Shown here piece by piece: positions 1 through 10,629 of a DNA stretch of 64,000 nucleotides; the stretch's first letter is position 1, and each line of letters begins with the position of its first letter. This DNA is from Bugula neritina (Eukaryota > Animalia > Bryozoa). Position numbers and translations under genes: made by a program. The notes below the pieces were generated by a model, which was not told the origin of the DNA, did not search any database, and was given only the letters and a program-made list of their open reading frames with translations. The stretch spans positions 496,001 to 560,000 of the forward strand of contig OZ037765.1 of the NCBI GenBank assembly GCA_964035545.1, given 5' to 3'.

Positions 1-149
1 ATTTGCATTGATTTGCTAGTTTAATGAATAACTTGGGATTAGAAGAAAGTGGTACCGTGAGTAGCATAGTGTATTTAGCAGTTCAAATAAACAGAATGAA
101 TTTATAGATTCAGGTCTAGCTATTTTTCAAGTCACCATGTACTCAAGTC

Positions 150-425
150 AGTGTAGGTATAGTGTAGGTATAGTGTAGGTATAGTGTAGGTATAGTGTAG
201 GTATAGTGTAGGTACAATGTAGGTATAGTGTAGGTATAGTGTATGTATAATGTAGGTACAATGCAGGTATAGTGTAGGTATAGTGTAGGTATATTGTAGA
301 TATAGTGTAGGTATAGTGTAGGTATAGTGTAGGTATAGTGTAGGTATAGTGTAGGTATAGTGTAGGTATAGTGTAGGTACAATGTAGGTATAGTGTAGGT
401 ATACTGGTATAGTGTAGGTATAGTT
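150..425. repeat. 11-bp minisatellite (GTAGGTATAGT)n
   Basis: Direct tandem array; it explains the YTYTIPTLYLH ORFs at 132-458. Confidence 0.95.
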
Positions 426-987
426 TATATTATAATCCAAGATAACACAACAACACAAACAGACTATATTATGAAAGTCTGTTTGAAATTGTTTAAAATT
501 TATACAATTGAATTAATTTAATCAACACTAACCTTCACTCTTATCGTATCCTCTGAAGGACATTGCGAGTGGCTATATATTCCCCCCTCAGTTTTTTAGT
601 TAGTTGCTTGTAGGTCCTCAGTCTCACATCAACAAATGTGATGGGAGTCTGCAATAGAATAAGTTTTGCTTTATCAAGTTTTAATCTAGCGGCTATGATA
701 CCTGAACGCAACACAATCCGCTTTGCTTCGTTATAAGAGCTTTTCTCATAGTAGCTTTTGTTCTACAGCCTGCATTACACATTCTATTTTTGGTAATAGC
801 TCAATTAAAAGAGGAGCCCGCAGCAATGAGACACTGCATATCTTGATAGTGATAACTTCAACTTAAACAGTCTAATAATAAACCATTAGATCACAAGCTA
901 AAAGTTACCTAGAAACAACAATTATTTATATCTCGCGACACTACCAGCAACCAGCAACTAGAAATTACAAATACATAGACTAGTTAC

Positions 988-1067
988 CTCCTATAAATAA
1001 TATTGTATAGAGGCGCACCTGCTGCTACCTGTCCCTCCCCTGAACCACCTGCTGACTCGTCAGCCAT
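988..1067 (-). CDS. Possible first coding exon of a minus-strand gene running off the left edge (MADESAGGSGEGQVAAGAPLYNIIYR..)
   Basis: ATG at 1067 in a GC-richer patch, open to an AG|GTAACT donor at 988/987. A second candidate exon, ATG 563 to 533 (MSFRGYDKSE, G|GTTAGT). No homology recognised. Confidence 0.3.
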
Positions 1068-1466
1068 CTTGTTTCTTTCCCCAAGTGCTACTCTGAAAGT
1101 GACTTGTTTGCATGTTCATAGAGATTTATCAGCATAACCCATTAAGTGACCTTTTGAGCAATTAGTTGACATTAGTCCAGATATTATATCACAGCAGTCA
1201 GTGTAAGGAGAAAGCATTGTGTTACATATGCTGATATGCAACATGCAGTAGTAGCATACTAGACTAACTGAACAACCAGTTGAACTTCAACACATTTTAT
1301 TTCAAAGAAAGAGTTTAGCTTCTGGATAGACTGGACAAACCATGAAGGCCTCTAAAATCTAAATGAACCGAAATAAGTGGAGGCAATTCAGGCTTTTATT
1401 TTAATATTGGCACAGCTCAAACAATTTATAACAATATACAGTAGTATATTATGTAAACACGCGCAT

Positions 1467-1506
<40 letters not shown>

Positions 1507-1944
1507 TCACACACGCACACTTATATCATAGGCAACATGCTCTCTATAGTCTTCTTCCCTTGGCTATACTTCTTAGTAGCCCAAAATGTGCCAAAGTGCA
1601 AGCCAGGGCTAACCATCACTCTGTAGCATGTTGGAACAAGGGACAGGTGTACAGAGAGAGTTTCTGTAATTGCTCAGAAGTGTGTGGGTGGGATCAGGAA
1701 TGGTTTCTAGTAAGTATTTCTCATATGCTGCCTTCCAATGTCGGGTTTGCAGACTGAATGTGTTCCAAGGTACACCAGGTTCTCACATCACACTTCCTAC
1801 AGGAAGGTGGCAGCTGTTAGAGTTGTAAATTCCTCAAGGGGTTATTCTGTATCTACTAGAAGTTATCATCTCATTATATAATGGCTAGTTTATAGCCCTT
1901 GACTATTCCACTTGAAACTCTGCACCTGTTAGTCTCTCAGACTG

Positions 1945-1960
1945 TATAAATATATATAAG
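1945..1960 (+). promoter_or_regulatory. TATA box of the serine protease gene
   Basis: TATAAATATATATAAG about 60-70 nt upstream of ATG 2016. Confidence 0.55.
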
Positions 1961-2015
1961 CAGAGGTGGAGAGGGAAATGCGCATACAGACGTATTAGTA
2001 GAGATATTTCTTACT

Positions 2016-4099
2016 ATGTTGACTGCTGTACTACTAACTCTCCTAGCCTCAAGTGCTTGGGCTGGTAGGTCACATATATTTCTCTAGTTCTCAGCACATG
2101 AAGTTGTTTCCTCAATCTTGGTATTCTATTGTCTAATGAAAATGTTTCTCTCTCCTGATAACACATTTTACAATATGTAGAAACAAATTAAAGGACTTCA
2201 TGCTTTTATTTTAAAATTAATGTTGAAGTGGACAATGAGAGAATTTTATTTCATGTAATATTTATTAAAATGTGGTGAAGACTTCGTAGAAAGTGGGCAG
2301 TTGTTACATATTGAGCTCAAAATGTGAATTTATTTATATCCCAATACGTTGTGGTTACTTTTGCAGCCCCAAAGACTGCCCCAAGGATTGTGGGAGGAGA
2401 TGAGGCTGAGGAACACTCTCACCCGTGGCAGGCTTCTCTCCAGTTGAGAGGACGTCACATCTGTGGAGCTTCTATCGTCTCAGAAGACTGGCTGGTTACA
2501 GCAGCTCACTGCGTTGATGGGTGGGTAGACAGACTCTCCGTATCTAAGTCTCACTGAACAAGTTCTCAGTCTATGTATTGTAATATTTGTACAAGTAATG
2601 ATGTAGGACCAATTATGTTGCAGCTCAAACGCAAGAGATTTGTCTGTAGCCATTGCAGAGCACGACCTGAATGTGGACGATGCGGAACAAGTCCACTCTA
2701 TCAGTCAAGTGATCATGGTGAGTCATATGATCAATTGGAAGATGTGACGTGTGCAACTTTGTAATAATGCGTAATGCTGAAGTAGACTAAATTACATATT
2801 ATAGTTGAAGGAATTTAATTAAACATCTAACTTTTAAGTTGTGTGTCTTCAGCAAGCAATCAGAAATGCTAAATTAAATCATGATGTTTGCACAAAATTG
2901 ATTATAAAACACAGTTGTTGAGCACACAACCCTCAAACAGTCTGCAGATGATAGCTAAGATATATACGTGGATATTTCAATACTTACTGCATAAATCAAG
3001 TGTGTCAGGGATTCTTTAATTAATAAATAAGTTCTTAATGTTGATGTTGTGAACAGAGAAGATAACTCTTTAAAACAACTAATAGCGAGTAAAATAACAT
3101 CCAAACTGTTAGGTTAGTTTCTATTATTAGTTTCTGTCACAAGTATTTCTATCGTAGCATGAAAACTATAACGCAAACGGCGCAGGGTTCCCCAACGACA
3201 TTGCGTTGTTGAGAGTCAGTAATCCAATGGAACTGACTAACAAGGCAGAGACCATCGCAATCCCCTCTCCGGGCATGGAATTTGACAGCAATGATGACTG
3301 TTACATCACCGGGTGGGGTCTCACACAGGGTTAGTTCTTACGATTAACTCATTTGAGTAATTGTTATGTTACACTCAGTATTTCACCCCTTTCACTCTTA
3401 ATTCTGATGTTCCTTCAGGTTGTCAAACTCCAAGTTTACATTTGGTTGGATGCCTAAAAACTAGTATAATTTTTAAGATGACTTAAGCAACTTTTTGAGA
3501 TTAAAATTTGATCTATAGCGTTAATACCGAAGCATAATATGAGGTCATACAATGTCCGTTAAATTCTTGTTAAGATAGGAGTGTGCATGTATTAACAATA
3601 TTAGCTGCGGACACACAGTTGAGATACGAGGAGAGACAATTCCCTTCCTTTGTTTAGGAAGTCAAGACAGAACAGTCCTGCAAGAGCTCAAAGTGGACAT
3701 CAGAACGAGATCAGCTTGTACACGAGCCTGGGGTAGTAGATACATCAATGATGGGCATATCTGTGTGGAGAATGGAGACACTGGAGCTTGCAATGTAAGT
3801 ACAGTATTTAGTATATATTATATAGTATCTCGTATATATATCGTATATTTTATATATATAGTATTTCATATATAGTATAACGCAAACATTAGTTAGTGAA
3901 TGGAAATGTAGATTAAGTTCCCGACTTGTTGTAGGGTGACTCTGGTGGCCCCCTCGCCTGCTCAGTGAACGGACGGTGGTACTTGGCTGGAGCAACCAGC
4001 TGGGGCATTTCAGGGTGCACCACCCGAGGGTACCCCAGTGTCTACACCAAGATATCCTACTTCTCTGATTGGGTTAGAGAGAACATGATGACTAAGTAA
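2016..4099 (+). CDS. Secreted S1-family chymotrypsin/elastase-like serine protease; exons 2016-2064, 2367-2520, 2624-2717, 3158-3329, 3658-3794, 3935-4099
   Basis: Signal peptide [16 protein letters not shown]; activation site R|IVGG; catalytic motifs TAAHC, NDIAL, GDSGGP; GT-AG introns with consistent phases; AATAAA near 4160 and 4186. Confidence 0.95.
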
Positions 4100-5166
4100 C
4101 TCAATCTGCACAAGATATGGGAGGGACTGCTTGAAATAAGATTTCTCGAACAATAATTTAATAAATGTTAACAAGATTGTCATACAATAAACTTGCTTGA
4201 ACTATAATTTACCTCGTAACTTATTTTGAAGTTAGATTTTTCTTTAAAACCACAAGTCATCTATAGCATTGAATGTAATCAGCATAAATGACAGAAAAAT
4301 ATACCTTGTGGAATATACATGATCAGCATACATGTAATATGAAGAAATAATGCAAGTTTATCATTCTACACAATAGATTAGAATATACATATTACTACTC
4401 TGTATACAGTACATTGTGCTGATCATAACAAAAACCTATAACCAATTATATTTACATATAATTACCAATTACAATTAAAATAATTTTATAAACATCTCAA
4501 GTCAAATAAGCGTTGTTAGATAAGAACAGCTGCTCAAAGATATATAATCTCTGCTAGATTTAACACTAGAAACAAATTTCATGACATGTGATTCGCTAGA
4601 AAGCATGACGAAAGATTCATTCCCACTATTCATGGGATACCTATTTATCCTCCAGTAAGAAAATACGGTCAAAAAAGTTTCAGTGGAGAGCACAACTCTC
4701 ATATAGATTATATCATTTGTATATAAAGTCAAAGTGAATCTTTGCTGATATGATTTCAGTAAATGAAATAGTTTATTAGTTTTAATAAATTTATAGAATA
4801 ACAAGTAGCAACGGAATTCTTTTAACTTTTCATTCACTGCAAAGTCATAGAAAGAGACTCAACTAAATTCAAAGAAGGTTAGCTAATATATCTTGCAGTG
4901 TTCTACTCATACCGTTAGCTAAGCTAAAGAAGTGCAACCCAAACCTATACACTGAGTACCTTACTTTGCCAACTTGTATAGTTTATACTTTAGTATTATA
5001 TACAAAACATTAAAGATCTTTACATGAAAATGCAAACTGTGTTATATAAATAATATTATATTTTTTCCATATTACGCAATTATAAATTAACAATAATAGT
5101 GAAACAAATAGAAATGAACAAAAGTCGCACACGAGAGATGATGAGACTGGAGACAAGTGATTTCCC

Positions 5167-8100
5167 CTAACTGGACGTCGTGGGGGTAGAAGTGGTGGTA
5201 GAGGGAATAGTTGGCATGGTGCCAAGGTTCAACATGGGCATCTGTGGCATTGGGGGAAGTGAGCCCAGGTCAGCCAGCCCTAAATTTTACGAAGTCATCA
5301 TTGAACTAAGGCTAAGCATGTGAAATATTTGCAGACAACACTACAGATTGCATCAGTCTACATGGCTACAGTTGCTATGGCTACAGTTGCTATGGCTACA
5401 GTTGCTATGACTACAGTTGCTATGGCTAATAAATAATGAGAAACTAACGTAAAATTCTAGTAGCCAGATTTCTTATAAATAAAGCAAACTTCAGTTAGAT
5501 ATTAAAGCCTGGCAGAAGTGTTAAGAATAAGTATTCATATTTTTGATATATATAAACGATCTTGCTCAACAATTTAAACTTTTTAATCCCATTTTCTATG
5601 CCGACGACACTAATTTATTTTTTGAATCAAAAGATTTGAACTCCCATTTGGAAGCTATAAATCAAGATCTAAACTCTCTGTCAATTTGGTGCAATAAAAA
5701 CAAACTCACTATAAACTATGAAAAATGCAACTATATTGTTTTAAAAAACTACCAAAATCCTTTTCAAATTCTAGAAAACTGTATATTATTAAATAAAAGA
5801 CCTATAAATTACTCTAACAGCATAACTTTTCTAGGTGTACAAATAGATAAAAATTTAAATTGGAGCTTGCACATCTCAAACCTACTTACAAAATTACGAC
5901 CACTTAGTGGATTAATATACCGATGTTCTGAATATCTCCCTCAAAAAATTTTACTTTTGATATATAATTCTTTCATCAATTCCAAGTTAAATTATTGTGC
6001 AGAGGCCTGGGGAAATGCAGCTAATACCCATCTAAACAAGATTTTTATTTTTCAAAAAAAGGTAATGCGTATCATGAACAAAAAACCGTTTGACCATCCA
6101 TCAGCGCCTCTATTTACTAAGCATAAAGTTCTCTCAATATACCAGATTTACCGTTTTAAAGTGTTAAAGAAAGCTCATTCTTTTTTCTACTCTGACAATT
6201 TTTTTCCCACTCACTCTATCAATACACGTCAATCATTCATAAATCTCCCCCTTCCTCACTCTCAAACAGCAGCAGGTCACAGAAGAAACTGTTATCAGGA
6301 GGTGGCACTATGGAATGAACTGCCAATCCCTTTACGGTCAATTAGCAACCCTAATGAATTTGGGAGGAAGTTGAGGCTTTATCTGTTAGAATAGTTGTAT
6401 TTTTTTTGTATTTTTCTGGATAGAGTCGCTGTCAGCTCGTGTTGGCCCGCGCATGACTAGCTAGGCTATAGCGCAATGGGCCTCATCATCGCCTCCTTGG
6501 CATTTTCTAATGTCCTTGTGTTATTAAATACCTTTGATGAAATAAACCAAACAAACAAACAAACAAACATGTGTCGTATTAGCTTTGAGACGCCATGGTT
6601 AATTTCCTAACCACACCATGAGAATGTTCATTCTGATTGAATCAGTAAACTGAAGTATGCCTCACTTGATTGGCTAAAATAATGCAAAGCTTTACCTGAT
6701 TGGTTCTTGAGTAGATTGGGATCCAGGGGCGGCAGCTTTGTAAGATCTATTGGGGGCATTTTGAAGGAGTCTAGAGATGTTGGCAATGGAAGAGGTGCAC
6801 CGACTACAACAAGGGGACACAACTCTAACCGGGAGAGGAAATAACTTGGAAACACATGCATCGCAAAACAGAGCAGAAGAAGAGATGACATGTTTCTGAG
6901 TATCAGGTGGTCACTACTAAGGGGGTAGCCTCAGGTCTGAGCAAAGGTTGACTCACCTGTTGGGGGTGCAGGCGACGTCCCACTACCGGATAAATTCAGA
7001 TTACTTAAGTCGGGTATGACAGGTGTCTGTTGGGACACTGAAAAGAGAAACACATGAGTACGTCACATGAGTACGTCACATGAGTATGTCACATGAGTAT
7101 GTCACATGAGTATGTCACATGAGTATGTCACATGACGCCATACAATGTCATGTGTTGTGTCAAGTTGATTTATCCGCTAGCAGAAAGTATTAAGAACGTT
7201 CTAGAAGCAAGTGACTGCTCACCTGCACTGGGCTGTGGTGGGCTGCTGCTGGCATCACCGGGAATGACAGAGCTGACTATTGCAGAGGTCTGAGTGGTGG
7301 ATACAGGACTGGATACGGAGGGGTTGTAGACAGCCCCCATTGCTCCGGCACTGGTGAAAGTAGCCTGAGGGGTGTACCTGGCTGGAGACAGTGCGGGCAC
7401 TGTGGGGGTGCCCGTCGAGACGAGGGACGCAGACAGAGCGAGACCAGAGAGCTCCGAGGAGTCAGACTGGGTGTGTGACGAGCTGGGAGCGGGTGGCGTG
7501 TCAGAATTATCTAGGGGCACCTGCAAGGAAGTGTCAGAGTTATCTAGGGGCACCTGCAAGGAAGTGTCAGAGTTATCTAGGGGCACCTGCAAGGAAGTGT
7601 CAGAGTTATCTAGGGGCACCTGCAAGGAAGTGCCAGAGTGAATGTAACTTTAAATGGTATTGTGGGGAATCTGTGTACAGAGATGCAACACGAGTTGACC
7701 AGTAAACCAGCACAGCCTTAGAGCACATTATACAGCGCAAAAACGGGGGCGTCCCGAGACGTCCCGCTCACCTCGGAGAAGCCATCAGAACCGGTGGTGG
7801 TGTTGGTGGAAGTGCCGGCAGCTGCAGAAGAAGTGGGTTGCACCGGAGCAGCTGGCTGAGGGGGTTGCATAGAGTGAGGTACAGACAGAGCAGCTCTTTG
7901 CTTCCTCTTTTCCTCCAAGAGATCCGAAGGAATTCTGTGGAGATATCCGTATCCGATGCCACATCCTAGACTGCAGCACGTAGTATAGTTATATAATATA
8001 ATAATATAGTAATATAACATACTATATTAATATAACGAAGTATAATAGTATACTATACAGCTACACGGAGAGCAGACACCAACCTGCCCTCGCCGCCCCA

Positions 8101-10256
8101 CGCCCCGTTAGGAGTTATGGTCACCTCACGGCATCTGTCCTCATCGAGATTGTAGACGTAGAGTTTGAGTGGTTTGCCTTCGTGTCCCTCTATCAGCGTG
8201 AAGAGGTCGTCAGCCTGCGGGAAGAGAACATGCAGTGAGACAGTACCGATCCTAGTTGAACAAAACACCGGAAGGTTGGGTTAAGGTCAAGGTGAAATAA
8301 ACTCACAGCATTCAGCACCGTGTCGGCTCCTATTATGTAGTCAGTATCCGAGATGAACCCGGCAGCAGAGGCGGGCGAGTTCGGCTGAACTTCCTGTAAG
8401 TAACCAATGAGAGAGCTGGATACAGAGTGAGGACCAATGATAGAGCTGGATACAGAATGAGGACCAATGAGAGAGCTGGATACAGAGTGAGGACCAATGA
8501 GAGAGCTGGATACAAAGTGAGGACCAATGAGAGAGCTGGATACAGAGTGAGGACCAATGAGAGAGCTGGATACAGAGTGAGGACCAATGAGAGAGCTGGA
8601 TACAAAGTGAGGACCAATGAGAGAGCTGGATACAGAGTGAGGACCAATGAGATAGCTGTAGACACAGTAGCAGACTATACAGACACCTGGAGCACCTACC
8701 ATGACGTGCCAAATGTTCTCACTAGCTCCTTCAAATGAACAGAATCTAATGCTGACACCCAGTAGACCCTGACCTCCCCAGCTCAGGCTGGGGGTTATGG
8801 TGACGTCCCGTATAGACTGGCTTTTACTGCTGAATACCGTCATCTTGGTGGGTTTCTCTAAGTTGGCTTTAAGCAGGTCTTTCAGTGTGTCATTATCTTG
8901 ATTCTAAGAGTTGAGAGAGAATTGGTGTATGTTACTATATACTACTGTATACTACTGTGTATACTACTGTATACTACTGTATACTACTGTGTACTACTGT
9001 ATACTACTGTATACTACTGTATGTTACTATATACTACTGCATACTACTGTATACTACTGCATGTTACTATATACTACTGCATACTACTGCATACTACTGT
9101 ATACTACTGCATACTACTGTATACTACTGTATACTACTGTATGTTACTATATACTACTATATACTACTATATACTACTGTATACTACTATACACTATGTT
9201 ACTGACCAGGCGCGTGTTGCCAATAGCAACAATAAAATCAAAGAAAGCTTCCAGACCAGCTCTGGAACCCGGGGAGTTGTCTTGCACCTGCAAGGGGAAG
9301 TAGAATACATATATTAGTGTAAGCATTAGTATTATTAGTAGCCACAACAATAGTCATTAGTCTAGTCTGATTACACAAAGTGACTCATAGTTATAGTCTG
9401 AGTGACAATTATAAGTCAAGTGAATTTACATATCATATCATGCCATAAACTTAGGTTACTAGAGTTATACTTAGGTTGTATTGACTTGATGTTTTCAAGT
9501 ATTTCTTGAATAAACTACCTACAAGTTTTAGTCCTGAACCTGGCCTCATAATATATTGCAAGTATTAGGCACTGGGGGGCGTACTTCCCACAGCCACTAC
9601 AATACTAATTGCAGTGATTACTATTTAACCTTTCATAATAATAACTGCCTCACAAAATATAACAATTATTGATCATACTAATATACATTACCACTACTAC
9701 AATTAGTATTAGTGTTATCCGTATAGATTTTTATTATTAAAACATTATAATAAAAATAGTAATACAAATATTAATTAGATTCCATTTTAAATTCATAAGT
9801 AATTTTTATTATCATGATAATCAATATTATAATGTAATACATATAATATTAATTTCATGCTTATTTCCATTTTTAATTTGAGTTTAGCTAAAGAGTTAAG
9901 ACTGAGTTCGAATTTTATTTTAGTAATCATTATGATTATGACTGATTATCAATACCAGTGTCATTATGATTAATATTATGATTGTCAGTGTCGGTGTAAG
10001 CGTCTTAGAGTTAGTCCAAGCAATAGTAATACTACCAGTAGTAAAACTACAACTTTAACTACAAGTATAGGTCTTATTCTTAAGTCAAACACTTGTAAAT
10101 CAAATTATAACCTTATTATTTTGAAAAAAAAAACATTTTTATTTACTTTTAGTTTTAGTTTTACAAGAGGTTTACTCAGTTAGTGTTACATACTCTAAGA
10201 ACGTGATATCCCTCAGATCCTCCACCTGGAACATCAATACTTTGTGTTCCACCCAT
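5167..10256 (-). CDS. GORASP2: Golgi reassembly stacking protein (GRASP55/65 family); exons 10256-10194, 9287-9207, 8903-8700, 8393-8307, 8214-8084, 7970-7772, (7619/7586/7553/7520)-7223, 7037-6957, 6803-6696, 5279-5167
   Basis: N-terminus [28 protein letters not shown] (Gly2 myristoylation type); two PDZ-like domains with [19 protein letters not shown] and [20 protein letters not shown]; Ser/Pro-rich tail; all junctions GT-AG and in phase. Confidence 0.93.
5381..5428. repeat. 15-bp tandem repeat (CAGTTGCTATGGCTA)n, about 3-4 copies
   Basis: Direct repeats in the last GORASP intron. Confidence 0.85.
5540..6568 (+). mobile_element. 5'-truncated non-LTR retrotransposon (LINE, CR1/L2-like) in the last GORASP intron, antisense to the host
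   Basis: ORF 5543-6394 has the RT motifs [23 protein letters not shown] and YC...WG, then a short 3'UTR, AATAAA and an (AAAC)n tail at about 6543-6568. Confidence 0.9.
7051..7136. repeat. 13-bp minisatellite (CATGAGTATGTCA)n next to a GORASP acceptor
   Basis: About 6 direct copies. Confidence 0.9.
7498..7632 (-). repeat. 33-bp repeat x4 spanning the GORASP intron 6/exon 7 acceptor
   Basis: Unit on the minus strand CTTCCTTGCAG|GTGCCCCTAGATAACTCTGACA. Confidence 0.95.
8403..8660. repeat. 30-bp minisatellite filling GORASP intron 3
   Basis: (ACCAATGAGAGAGCTGGATACAGAGTGAGG)n, about 8.5 copies, ending about 10 nt from the acceptor. Confidence 0.95.
8925..9203. repeat. 10-bp minisatellite (ATACTACTGT)n filling GORASP intron 2
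   Basis: Direct array that begins at the donor. Confidence 0.95.
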
Positions 10257-10629
10257 TATGATTAGTGCACCGTCAAAATGTACTAATATTTGTATATTAT
10301 TGTAGTTCAAATCAATGAAAATTCATCTCGTAACTTTATTCCCAAGCCGTTTCCAACAAAGCGGAAACCAATTGTAGTGACCTGCGGCAATAAAACCTTG
10401 GTGTGGCTGAAAATCCTTTCCCGTGCATCAGATAGTCTTGTTAGCGTCCAAACAACCGCGTTTGTTAGACTGTCGTCCACATTATAATCGCAGATAATCA
10501 ATTCATGTCAATGCCAATGCGAAGCAGCTTCGATGCAAAGATCAAGATGGGCTCTTATTGGAAGTACATTTTAGTTTCATGTGGTGCCTAAGCTGTAGTG
10601 TAAGAAGTAGTTCGTAAAATTAGATTGAG
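10257..10629. promoter_or_regulatory. Likely bidirectional promoter for GORASP(-) and SPOP(+), with a SPOP non-coding first exon ending at 10629
   Basis: CpG-richer island directly upstream of the GORASP ATG; strong plus-strand donor GAG|GTGAGT at 10629/10630. Linking it to SPOP is inference. Confidence 0.55.

Noticed and set aside
8333-9317. Multiple overlapping repetitive ORFs ([19 protein letters not shown])
   Set aside because: Translations of the 30-bp and 10-bp intronic arrays of GORASP.
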